DNA from: Eubacteriales bacterium
GTDB taxonomy: Bacteria; Bacillota; Clostridia; Oscillospirales; CAG-272
DNA length: 58,219 nt
NCBI GenBank assembly: GCA_045532985.1
Contig: JAZSGY010000047.1
Location: forward strand, 1-58,219
Reading direction: 5' to 3'
The notes below the pieces were generated by a model. The model had not been told where the DNA came from, made no database searches, and saw only the letters and a list, made by a program, of their open reading frames with translations. Of this stretch, positions 1-7,345 are shown in pieces (positions within the stretch are counted from its first letter, which is position 1; every line of letters begins with the position of its first letter). The position numbers and the translations under genes were made by a program.

Positions 1-1
1 C

Positions 2-1495
2 TCCACGCGTTTCTATTCCAAGCAGAACCGTGTTGCACTCCGCAACTGCGGCGTGATCGATCCCGAGAATATCAACGAGTACATAGCTGGCGACGGTTAC
101 AAGGCACTTGGTAAGGTTCTTACCGAGATGAAGCCCCAGGAGGTCATCGACACCATCCTTGAATCCGGTCTGCGCGGCCGCGGCGGCGGCGGATTCCCCA
201 CGGGTAGAAAGTGGCAGTTTGCCGCAGCTCAGCCCGCAGGGAAGAAGTACGTTGTTTGTAATGCGGACGAGGGCGACCCGGGCGCATTCATGGGCCGTTC
301 TATCCTCGAGGGTGACCCCCACGCAGTTTTTGAAGCAATGGCGATCGCAGGCTATGCCATCGGCGCTGACGAGGGTTACATCTACGTTCGTGCAGAGTAC
401 CCGATCGCCGTTCACCGTCTGCAGATTGCTTTGAAGCAGGCACGCGAAAGCGGCATGCTCGGCAAAGACATCTTCGGCACCGGCTTCAACTTTGATATCC
501 AGCTCCGCCTGGGTGCAGGCGCGTTCGTCTGCGGCGAGGAGACCGCTCTGCTTACCTCGATCGAGGGTAACCGCGGTGAACCGAGACCCCGTCCTCCGTT
601 CCCGGCTGTAAAGGGTTTGTTTGGCAAGCCTACGATCATTAACAACGTAGAGACCTACGCAAATATCCCGCAGATCATCCTGCAGGGTGCTAAGTGGTTC
701 ACCTCGATGGGCACCGAAAAATCCAAGGGTACGAAGGTATTCGCCCTCGGCGGTAAGATCGAGAACACAGGTCTCGTTGAGATCCCGATGGGTACGACTC
801 TTCGTGAAGTCGTTGAGGAGATCGGCGGCGGTATCCCGAACGGCAAAAAGTTCAAGGCAGCACAGACCGGTGGTCCTTCCGGCGGCTGTATCCCTGCCGA
901 CCTGATCGATACGCCCATCGATTACGACAACCTGATCTCTATCGGCTCTATGATGGGCTCCGGCGGTCTGATCGTTATGGACGAAGATAACTGCATGGTC
1001 GACATCGCGAAGTTCTTCCTCGAATTTACGGTTGATGAGTCCTGCGGTAAATGTACCCCCTGCCGCGTTGGCGTTCCGAAGCTACTTGAGATCCTTGAAA
1101 AGATCACCAGCGGCAACGGCGAGCTTGAAGACCTTGACCGTCTTGAAGAGCTTGCGAACTATATCAAGAGCGCATCTCTTTGCGGACTTGGACAAACCGC
1201 ACCGAACCCGATCCTGTCCACGCTCCGTTATTTCAAGGACGAATACATCGCTCACATCGTCGATAAGAAGTGCCCCGCAGGCGTCTGCAAGAACCTGATG
1301 CAGTACACCATCGCTCCCGAAAACTGCTTCGGTTGCGGTATGTGCGTCAGAGCTTGTCCTGTTGGCGCGATCACGCAGACCGACCTTGCTCCCACGAAGG
1401 GCAAGAAGTCGCCGTATGCGATCGATGCCTCCAAGTGCATCAAATGCGGTGCTTGTATCTCCACTTGTAAATTCAATGCCATTTATAAGGCATAA
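2..1495 (+). CDS. hydB: NADH-binding diaphorase subunit (NuoF/HydB-like) of an electron-bifurcating [FeFe]-hydrogenase; 5'-truncated by the window edge
   Basis: Frame is open from position 2 ([20 protein letters not shown]...). Motifs [51 protein letters not shown] and a C-terminal 2x[4Fe-4S] ferredoxin domain. Lies directly upstream of hydA. Confidence 0.93.
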   Translation, partial: STRFYSKQNRVALRNCGVIDPENINEYIAGDGYKALGKVLTEMKPQEVIDTILESGLRGRGGGGFPTGRKWQFAAAQPAGKKYVVCNADEGDPGAFMGRSILEGDPHAVFEAMAIAGYAIGADEGYIYVRAEYPIAVHRLQIALKQARESGMLGKDIFGTGFNFDIQLRLGAGAFVCGEETALLTSIEGNRGEPRPRPPFPAVKGLFGKPTIINNVETYANIPQIILQGAKWFTSMGTEKSKGTKVFALGGKIENTGLVEIPMGTTLREVVEEIGGGIPNGKKFKAAQTGGPSGGCIPADLIDTPIDYDNLISIGSMMGSGGLIVMDEDNCMVDIAKFFLEFTVDESCGKCTPCRVGVPKLLEILEKITSGNGELEDLDRLEELANYIKSASLCGLGQTAPNPILSTLRYFKDEYIAHIVDKKCPAGVCKNLMQYTIAPENCFGCGMCVRACPVGAITQTDLAPTKGKKSPYAIDASKCIKCGACISTCKFNAIYKA

Positions 1496-1513
1496 TGAAA
1501 GGAGCCGTTGAAA

Positions 1514-3253
1514 ATGGAAACTGTAAACGTAAAAATTAATGGTAAAGAGTATGCGGTTCCGAAAAACGCAACTGTACTCGAAGCTGCCAAACATGCAGGG
1601 ATCGACATTCCCACGCTTTGCTATCTGAAAGACCTCAATGAGATCGGCGCTTGCCGTCTCTGCCTGGTTGAGGCAACGGGTGCACGCGGTCTTGTAGCCG
1701 CTTGCGTATATCCCGTAGCTGAGGGAATGGAGATCAAAACCAATACCCCCGCGATCCGTGCCGCAAGAAAGACGAACCTCGAGCTGGTTCTTTCCAACCA
1801 CGAGAAGAAGTGCCTCTCCTGCGTTCGTTCCACCAACTGCGAGCTGCAGAAGCTCTGCCGCGACTACGGCGTTGATGAGGATCACTTCGGAAAGCCCGCT
1901 GACGGCAGATTTGCGATCCAGAACATCGGTCCCTCGATCGTTCGTGACAACAACAAATGTATCCTTTGCCGCCGTTGCGTGGCTGCTTGTGAAAAGCTGC
2001 AGGGCATCGGTGCGATCGGTGCAATGAATCGCGGTTTCGATACCGAGATCGGTTCTGCATTCGAAAGAGATCTGACCGAAACGACCTGTATCAACTGCGG
2101 TCAGTGTATCGTAGCTTGCCCTGTTGGCGCACTTTACGAGAAGGACGATACCCAGAAGGTATTGGATGCGATCGCAGATCCCGATATGCACGTTGCCATC
2201 TGCATGGCTCCCTCCGTTCGTGCTCAGATCGCTGAGTCCTTTGGCAATCCGATCGGTACGGATGGAGAAGGCAAGCTCGTTGCTGCTGCAAAGATGCTTG
2301 GCTTTGACGGCGTATACGATATGAACCTCACCGCAGACCTCACCATTATGGAGGAGGCAACCGAGTTCATCGGCAGACTTAACAATGGCGGAAAGCTTCC
2401 GATGATCACCTCTTGCTCCCCCGGCTGGGTCAAGTATTGCGAGCATTACTTCCCGGATATGGTAGAGAATCTCTCCACCTGCAAGTCTCCTCAGCAGATG
2501 TTCGGTGCAATGTATAAGACCTACTACGCTGAGAAGATGGGGCTTGATCCGAAGAAGATCTTCTTCGTTTCCTGCATTCCTTGTACCGCAAAGAAGTTTG
2601 AGGTCACCCGTGACGATCAGAACGCCGCAGGCTTTCCCGACGTCGACGTTGCGATCACGACGCGTGAGCTTGCCAATATGATCGAGAAGGCAGGCATCAA
2701 CTTCAACTCGCTTGAGGACGTTGCATTTGACGATCCGTTCGACGTTTCCTCGGGTGCTGGCGTTATCTTCGGTGCGACCGGTGGTGTTATGGAGGCTGCT
2801 CTCCGTACCGCTGCTGAGGTTGTAACCGGCACGACGCTTGAGAAGGTTGATTTCACCGACGTACGCGGCACCGAAGGCATCAAATTCGCCTCCTATATGC
2901 TTGGCGACCTGAAGCTGAACGTTGCGGTTACCAGTGGCACCGCAAACGCCAAGAAGCTTCTGAACATGGTCAAGAATGGGGAAGTGGACGTTCACTTTAT
3001 TGAGGTCATGGCTTGCCCCGGCGGTTGTGTAAACGGCGGCGGTCAGCCGATCCAGCCTGCTGTTGTTCGTAACAACGTCGACATCCGCGCAAAGCGTGCA
3101 GCCGTTCTTTATACGGCAGACGTTGCAAAGGATGTTCGCAAGTCTCATGAAAACTCTGCCGTCAAGAAGCTTTACGAAGAGTATTTTGGTGAGCCGAACA
3201 GCCACAAGGCACACGAGATCCTTCATACCTCCTACGTTAAGAGAGGTATCTAA
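1514..3253 (+). CDS. hydA: [FeFe]-hydrogenase catalytic subunit, group A
   Basis: H-cluster motifs TSCSPGW, IPCTAKKFE and EVMACPGGCVNGGG; N-terminal [2Fe-2S], His-ligated [4Fe-4S] (HEKKCLSC..C) and 2x[4Fe-4S]. AGGAG RBS 9 nt before the ATG at 1514. Confidence 0.96.
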   Translation: METVNVKINGKEYAVPKNATVLEAAKHAGIDIPTLCYLKDLNEIGACRLCLVEATGARGLVAACVYPVAEGMEIKTNTPAIRAARKTNLELVLSNHEKKCLSCVRSTNCELQKLCRDYGVDEDHFGKPADGRFAIQNIGPSIVRDNNKCILCRRCVAACEKLQGIGAIGAMNRGFDTEIGSAFERDLTETTCINCGQCIVACPVGALYEKDDTQKVLDAIADPDMHVAICMAPSVRAQIAESFGNPIGTDGEGKLVAAAKMLGFDGVYDMNLTADLTIMEEATEFIGRLNNGGKLPMITSCSPGWVKYCEHYFPDMVENLSTCKSPQQMFGAMYKTYYAEKMGLDPKKIFFVSCIPCTAKKFEVTRDDQNAAGFPDVDVAITTRELANMIEKAGINFNSLEDVAFDDPFDVSSGAGVIFGATGGVMEAALRTAAEVVTGTTLEKVDFTDVRGTEGIKFASYMLGDLKLNVAVTSGTANAKKLLNMVKNGEVDVHFIEVMACPGGCVNGGGQPIQPAVVRNNVDIRAKRAAVLYTADVAKDVRKSHENSAVKKLYEEYFGEPNSHKAHEILHTSYVKRGI

Positions 3254-3263
3254 AACAAAAAAC

Positions 3264-3295
3264 CGCCACCTTAAAAAGTGGCGTCTTCTTTTTTT
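3264..3295 (+). terminator. Intrinsic terminator after hydA
   Basis: CGCCAC/GTGGCG stem followed by a T-rich tract. Confidence 0.6.
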
Positions 3296-3314
3296 GAAAA
3301 ACCCTAAAAAACTC

Positions 3315-3343
3315 TTGACAGAACGCAAAAAAACGCATATAAT
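3315..3343 (+). promoter_or_regulatory. sigma-A promoter of the aspartokinase gene
   Basis: Perfect TTGACA-17 bp-TATAAT. Confidence 0.88.
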
Positions 3344-3378
3344 GTAGTATGTTATTGGGTTTATAAAGGAGAAGTATT

Positions 3379-4695
3379 GTGGAAGTTAAAGTATTGAAAT
3401 TTGGCGGTAGCTCGCTTGCCGATGCATTGCATTTCGGCCGCGTTGCCGATATTGTAAGGGCGGAGGAGTCGAGAAGATACGTCGTACCGTCCGCCCCCGG
3501 AAAACGTTTTAAGGAAGACGATAAGGTCACCGATCTTCTGTATCAGTGCTACGACCTTTCAAAGCGCGGTGAGAGCATTGACGCCGTCTTTTCGCGTATC
3601 AAGGATCGCTATAACGACATTATCCGCGACCTCGGTCTTGATTTTTCGCTTGAGGATGAGTTCGCGAAGATCTATTCGGCGATCCAGCATCTTCCGGGCC
3701 GCGATTACGTTGCAAGCCGCGGGGAATACCTGAGCGGTCTTGTCTTGGCGAATTATCTCGGATTTGACTTCATCGATGCCGCAAACGTTATTTTCTTTAA
3801 GGAAAATGGCACCTTTGATTCCGAGCGTACGAACGTCGTACTGAATGCGATCTTGAAGCAGCATTCTCACGCCGTCGTTCCCGGCTTCTACGGCTCTATG
3901 CCGAACGGAACGATCAAGACCTTCTCGCGTGGCGGGTCCGATATCACGGGCTCTATCGTTGCACGTGCGGCAGGGGCAGATCTTTATGAAAACTGGACCG
4001 ACGTTTCGGGCTTTTTGAAGGCAGACCCCCGTTGCGTCGACAATCCGAAGCCGATCAAAGAAATTACGTATAAAGAACTGCGCGAGCTTTCCTATATGGG
4101 CGCCACCGTACTTCATGAGGATGCTATTTTCCCCGTACGCTTTGCGGGGATCCCGATCAACATCCGCAATACCAACGCCCCCGAGGATCCTGGGACGATG
4201 ATCGTATCCTCTGCAACCTATCACGACGGTGACGACGTAATCACCGGCGTCGCAGGTAAGGTCGGTTTTTCTATCCTCAATATTGAAAAGGATATGATGA
4301 ACTCCGAGATCGGATTTGGCAGACGCGTTCTTGAGGCGCTTGAGAATAACGGTATCTCCTTTGAGCACTTGCCGAGCGGCATTGATACGATGTCGGTCGT
4401 TATCTCTACGAAGGATCTGGAAGGGAAGCGCGACAAGATCATCAACGACGTATGTCGTCTTGTTGAGCCTGAATTCATCAGCATTGAGGACGGTCTGGCA
4501 CTTGTTGCAGTCGTCGGACGCGGAATGGTCAGCAACAAGGGAACTGCTTCGCGCGTTTTCTCAGCCTGTGCCGCGGCGTCCGTCAATATCAAAATGATCG
4601 ACCAGGGTTCAAGCGAGCTGAATATCATCATTGGTGTCAGTGAGGATGATTATATTCCCGCACTCAGAGCAATTTACAATGAATTTGTAAAATAA
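3379..4695 (+). CDS. lysC: Aspartate kinase
   Basis: KFGGSS, FSRGGSD, WTDVSG, ELSYMGATVLH and two C-terminal ACT domains; AAGGAG RBS with GTG start. Confidence 0.93.
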   Translation: MEVKVLKFGGSSLADALHFGRVADIVRAEESRRYVVPSAPGKRFKEDDKVTDLLYQCYDLSKRGESIDAVFSRIKDRYNDIIRDLGLDFSLEDEFAKIYSAIQHLPGRDYVASRGEYLSGLVLANYLGFDFIDAANVIFFKENGTFDSERTNVVLNAILKQHSHAVVPGFYGSMPNGTIKTFSRGGSDITGSIVARAAGADLYENWTDVSGFLKADPRCVDNPKPIKEITYKELRELSYMGATVLHEDAIFPVRFAGIPINIRNTNAPEDPGTMIVSSATYHDGDDVITGVAGKVGFSILNIEKDMMNSEIGFGRRVLEALENNGISFEHLPSGIDTMSVVISTKDLEGKRDKIINDVCRLVEPEFISIEDGLALVAVVGRGMVSNKGTASRVFSACAAASVNIKMIDQGSSELNIIIGVSEDDYIPALRAIYNEFVK

Positions 4696-5084
4696 AAAAT
4701 CACCCGCTTTAGCGTGATACTCTTAACGGAGTATTCACGCTAACTAAGTTTGCCCTTACGGGCAAGTGAAGTTATCTTCGATAGTGAAGTTCACTTTGTG
4801 AGTGAAGTTTCGCCTGATGGCGAAGTGATGGGCAAACTTAACTTCACTTGTGCGTAGCACAAACTTCACTGCGTAGCAACTTCACTTTTGCGATAGCAAA
4901 AACTTCACTAACAGAAAAAGAGATAACATTTCGGCTACGAACCGATTTGTTATCTCTTTCTGTAGTTATAAGGGTTTGGGCTTAGCCCATATTGCATTTG
5001 ACTAGTCAAATGCGATGCTCGCACTTAATAGCGCTTTTCAAATTCTCCGCTAAGAACATCACCCATTTGCGGGTGATTTTTTAT
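4692..5084. mobile_element. Putative non-autonomous ~360-bp insertion inside a palindromic bidirectional terminator
   Basis: Perfect 16-bp outer inverted repeat 4692-4707/5069-5084. Junction sites ATCAC-CCGC-TT-TAGC-GTGAT (4699-4718) and ATCAC-CCAT-TT-GCGG-GTGAT (5058-5077). Subterminal inverted repeat 4714-4735 vs 5041-5062 (18/22 identical). No credible ORF. Mobility is inferred. Confidence 0.6.
4745..4909. repeat. Mirror-symmetric array of 9-nt repeats separated by variable hairpins
   Basis: AGTGAAGTT at 4765, 4783 and 4801 (partial AGTGA at 4824); reverse complement AACTTCACT at 4840, 4862, 4878 and 4901. Each spacer between same-orientation copies is a self-complementary stem-loop. Confidence 0.9.
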
Positions 5085-5500
5085 GCAAGCTTCTTCAGGA
5101 CGCCCTGGAACCATTCTTCAACTTTAGCAGATTCTTCGGCACTGACCTTCTTCATAAACTTGAAGGGAAGTCCTCCGTTAATGTAAAGAACGTCATCTAT
5201 AACGTTCGTGCCTGCTTCCTTGATCATATTGATCACAGGCTCAGCCTTTGCCGCATCGCCGTCAACGATAAAAGCAACGTTCTGTGCGCGGGACTTATCG
5301 AGTGATTTTGCGAACAGATCAAAGGTCGTCGTCGTTTTGCCCTTCGCAGTGAAAACGATGATTACCAAGCGCTCGCGCTCGCAGGGATAAGCAGGGGGAA
5401 TGATATCGGCCTTATAGTCCGAATTCGAAGCAAGAGTGCTGGCAATCGAGAGAAGCTTGCCCTTGCTCGTGTCTGTCAAAACACGCAGTTTCATCTTCAT
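5081..5500 (-). CDS. Flavodoxin-fold hypothetical protein
   Basis: 139 aa with GGAGG RBS before the ATG at 5500. The beta-alpha pattern (LRVLTDTSKG...LVIIVF...NVAFI...GTNV...EEWF) resembles short flavodoxins. Confidence 0.6.
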   Translation of the reverse strand: MKMKLRVLTDTSKGKLLSIASTLASNSDYKADIIPPAYPCERERLVIIVFTAKGKTTTTFDLFAKSLDKSRAQNVAFIVDGDAAKAEPVINMIKEAGTNVIDDVLYINGGLPFKFMKKVSAEESAKVEEWFQGVLKKLA

Positions 5501-5558
5501 ATGAAAATCCTCCAAAATACTGGTAAAATAATTTTGATACAACCAGCCTATCGATACT

Positions 5559-5587
5559 ATTATATCATATCCTTCTATAAAAAGCAA
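5559..5587 (-). promoter_or_regulatory. sigma-A promoter of the flavodoxin-like gene
   Basis: TTGCTT-17 bp-TATAAT with TG extended -10 on the minus strand. Confidence 0.7.
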
Positions 5588-6087
5588 TAGCAAAATCGCA
5601 TTTTACGTGCACACCCGGTGATGAGAAAGAACGGGAATTCTAAAAAAACAAAATCACAGCAGGGCGATGTAAAATAACACCCCTCGTGCACACCGCCGTA
5701 ATTATACAAAATGCAAATTTTGTATCAAATAGAGAGGTGAAATAAGCGTATCAAGGGCAAAAGAGTTAAATATAAGGCGTTTTACGGTGTTTGACCGATT
5801 AATAGACGTTGCCGAGTTTCTGACAGATATTCAGTAAATAATATGGCTTGATCAACGGCAAAACAAAAAACAAGCCGATCGTGGTAAAATAAAAACAATC
5901 TGCGAACGAAAAAACTTCAAGCTATCGTTATTCATCTAGAACACAGTTAATGCATTTAAAAGTTCCTCAGATTTTCTTCGTCCTTTTTTCTTTCCGTAAT
6001 TTAATTTTTCTTATTATCATATTATTATCTAAAAGAAATCTTTTGTATAATAATGTTACAAAGAAACAACAAATTTATTAAAAGTGA

Positions 6088-6116
6088 TTGCTATTTGATT
6101 CGAAATTTGGTATGAT
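6088..6116 (+). promoter_or_regulatory. Orphan sigma-A-like promoter facing the spoIIID 3' end
   Basis: TTGCTA-17 bp-TATGAT with TG extension and an AT-rich upstream region. Confidence 0.55.
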
Positions 6117-6151
6117 AGTATCAGAAGCTTTGAAGATGCGATACGCACAAC

Positions 6152-6188
6152 AAAAAAACTTCGCGTAGGCCATAGCCACGCGAAGTTT
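6152..6188 (-). terminator. Intrinsic terminator downstream of spoIIID (possibly bidirectional)
   Basis: AAACTTCGCGT-A-GGC-CATA-GCC-ACGCGAAGTTT stem; the A7 run on + gives a U-tract on -. Confidence 0.75.
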
Positions 6189-6222
6189 AATTCAGAGCGG
6201 TTTTACGGAACTTTTCCCATCC

Positions 6223-6483
6223 TCACTTCTCTCTTTTTTTACGCAGATACTTTTGCCTCGTCGCTTCTCCGCCACGAATGTGCCGTTCGGATTTGTTGAC
6301 TCTTAAAACGTTAGTCACAGATTCGTATAGAAACGGATTCACGTCATGCAATCGAAACGTTACGTCTTTATGTACCGTGCTTTTACTGATCCCATAATGT
6401 TGCGCTGCGGCACGTACCGTCGTCTGGTTTTCTATGATATATTCTGCAAGCACCTCGCAACGCTCCTTTTCATATCCAAACAT
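6223..6483 (-). CDS. spoIIID: Stage III sporulation transcription factor SpoIIID
   Basis: YIIENQTTVRAAA..YGISKSTVHKDVT.RL and NKSERHIRGGEATRQKY signature; GGGAGG RBS. Confidence 0.96.
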   Translation of the reverse strand: MFGYEKERCEVLAEYIIENQTTVRAAAQHYGISKSTVHKDVTFRLHDVNPFLYESVTNVLRVNKSERHIRGGEATRQKYLRKKREK

Positions 6484-6534
6484 ATGATCGCCTCCCTATA
6501 CTTGTTATAAATATATGAAAGGCAAGTCCATACA

Positions 6535-7311
6535 ATGCAAAAAGAATTTGAAAAATTTAAGGATTCTACGATTTTTGAAGGGATGACCTCAATTCGCGCG
6601 CTTTTAACGGCGCGTGAAAACGGATCGAACGACCGAAAGATTTTAGAGATCCTTTACGATACGTCACGTTCTTTTAAAATAGCCAAGGAATTGCGTTATT
6701 TAACGCGCATCGGCGAAAGAGATTCCTTTTCCGTCACCGGACTTTCGCCCGATGAGCTTGCCGAATTAACGCTTGGCAACACGCACGGCGGTATTATCGC
6801 ACGATGCTCTAATCGCACGATTGCGGACCTTTCGGTCGAATCGCATTCGATTGAGAAAAACGGTTTTTACGTATTGATGGAAGGAATTGAGGATCCATAC
6901 AACTTCGGTTATGCGTTGCGCTCTCTTTACGCTTGCGGTGCTACGGGTATTATCCTGCCCGAACGCAATTGGATGAGCGCTGCGGGCGTCGTCGCAAGAT
7001 CCTCTGCAGGTGCCTCTGAGCTTTTCCCGATCTATCAATCCAACACTGAAACTGCGCTGTCCGTATTCAAAGCACAGGGCTATAAGATCGTGTGTGCTGA
7101 TATTGGCACCGAAAATCTTTTGCCCGACACAGATCTTTCCCTTCCGCTATTACTCATTGTAGGCGGCGAAAAACGAGGAATTTCCAGAAGTGTACTCGAT
7201 CAGGCTGACACCGTTGTAAAGATCCCGTATGGCAGAGATTTTCGCGGAGCGCTCTCTGCGGCCTCGGCTACAACCATCTTAGCATATGAAATTTTACGAC
7301 AAAACCGATAA
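6535..7311 (+). CDS. TrmH/SpoU family RNA 2'-O-methyltransferase
   Basis: EGIEDPYNFG, SSAGA, IVGGEKRGIS, KIPY and LSAASA SPOUT motifs. Confidence 0.88.
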   Translation: MQKEFEKFKDSTIFEGMTSIRALLTARENGSNDRKILEILYDTSRSFKIAKELRYLTRIGERDSFSVTGLSPDELAELTLGNTHGGIIARCSNRTIADLSVESHSIEKNGFYVLMEGIEDPYNFGYALRSLYACGATGIILPERNWMSAAGVVARSSAGASELFPIYQSNTETALSVFKAQGYKIVCADIGTENLLPDTDLSLPLLLIVGGEKRGISRSVLDQADTVVKIPYGRDFRGALSAASATTILAYEILRQNR

Positions 7312-7314
7312 AAT

Positions 7315-7344
7315 AAATGGGCAGAACTTTGTTCTGCCCATTTT
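7315..7344. terminator. Bidirectional terminator between the methyltransferase and galE
   Basis: Perfect 13-bp stem AAATGGGCAGAAC-TTT-GTTCTGCCCATTT between convergent stop codons. Confidence 0.85.
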
Positions 7345-7345
7345 C

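Noticed and set aside
1082-3328. 748-aa minus-strand ORF
   Set aside because: It is the antisense shadow of the strongly codon-biased hydB/hydA genes, with no recognisable motifs
4745-4909. CRISPR array interpretation of the repeat cluster
   Set aside because: Repeats are only 9 nt, spacers are 7-14 nt and self-complementary, orientation flips mid-array, and there are no cas genes
4949-4976. dif-like site (AACCCTTATAA on the minus strand resembles a XerC arm)
   Set aside because: No XerD-type TTATGTTAAAT/TTATGTAAACT arm 6 bp away
4992-5186. 64-aa ORF starting inside the element
   Set aside because: TTG start in a hairpin, no clear RBS, and it runs antisense into the flavodoxin-like gene
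6043-6061. Possible Rex operator TTGT...ACAA
   Set aside because: Spacing is 19 bp rather than 18 and the inner bases do not fit; expected by chance in AT-rich DNA
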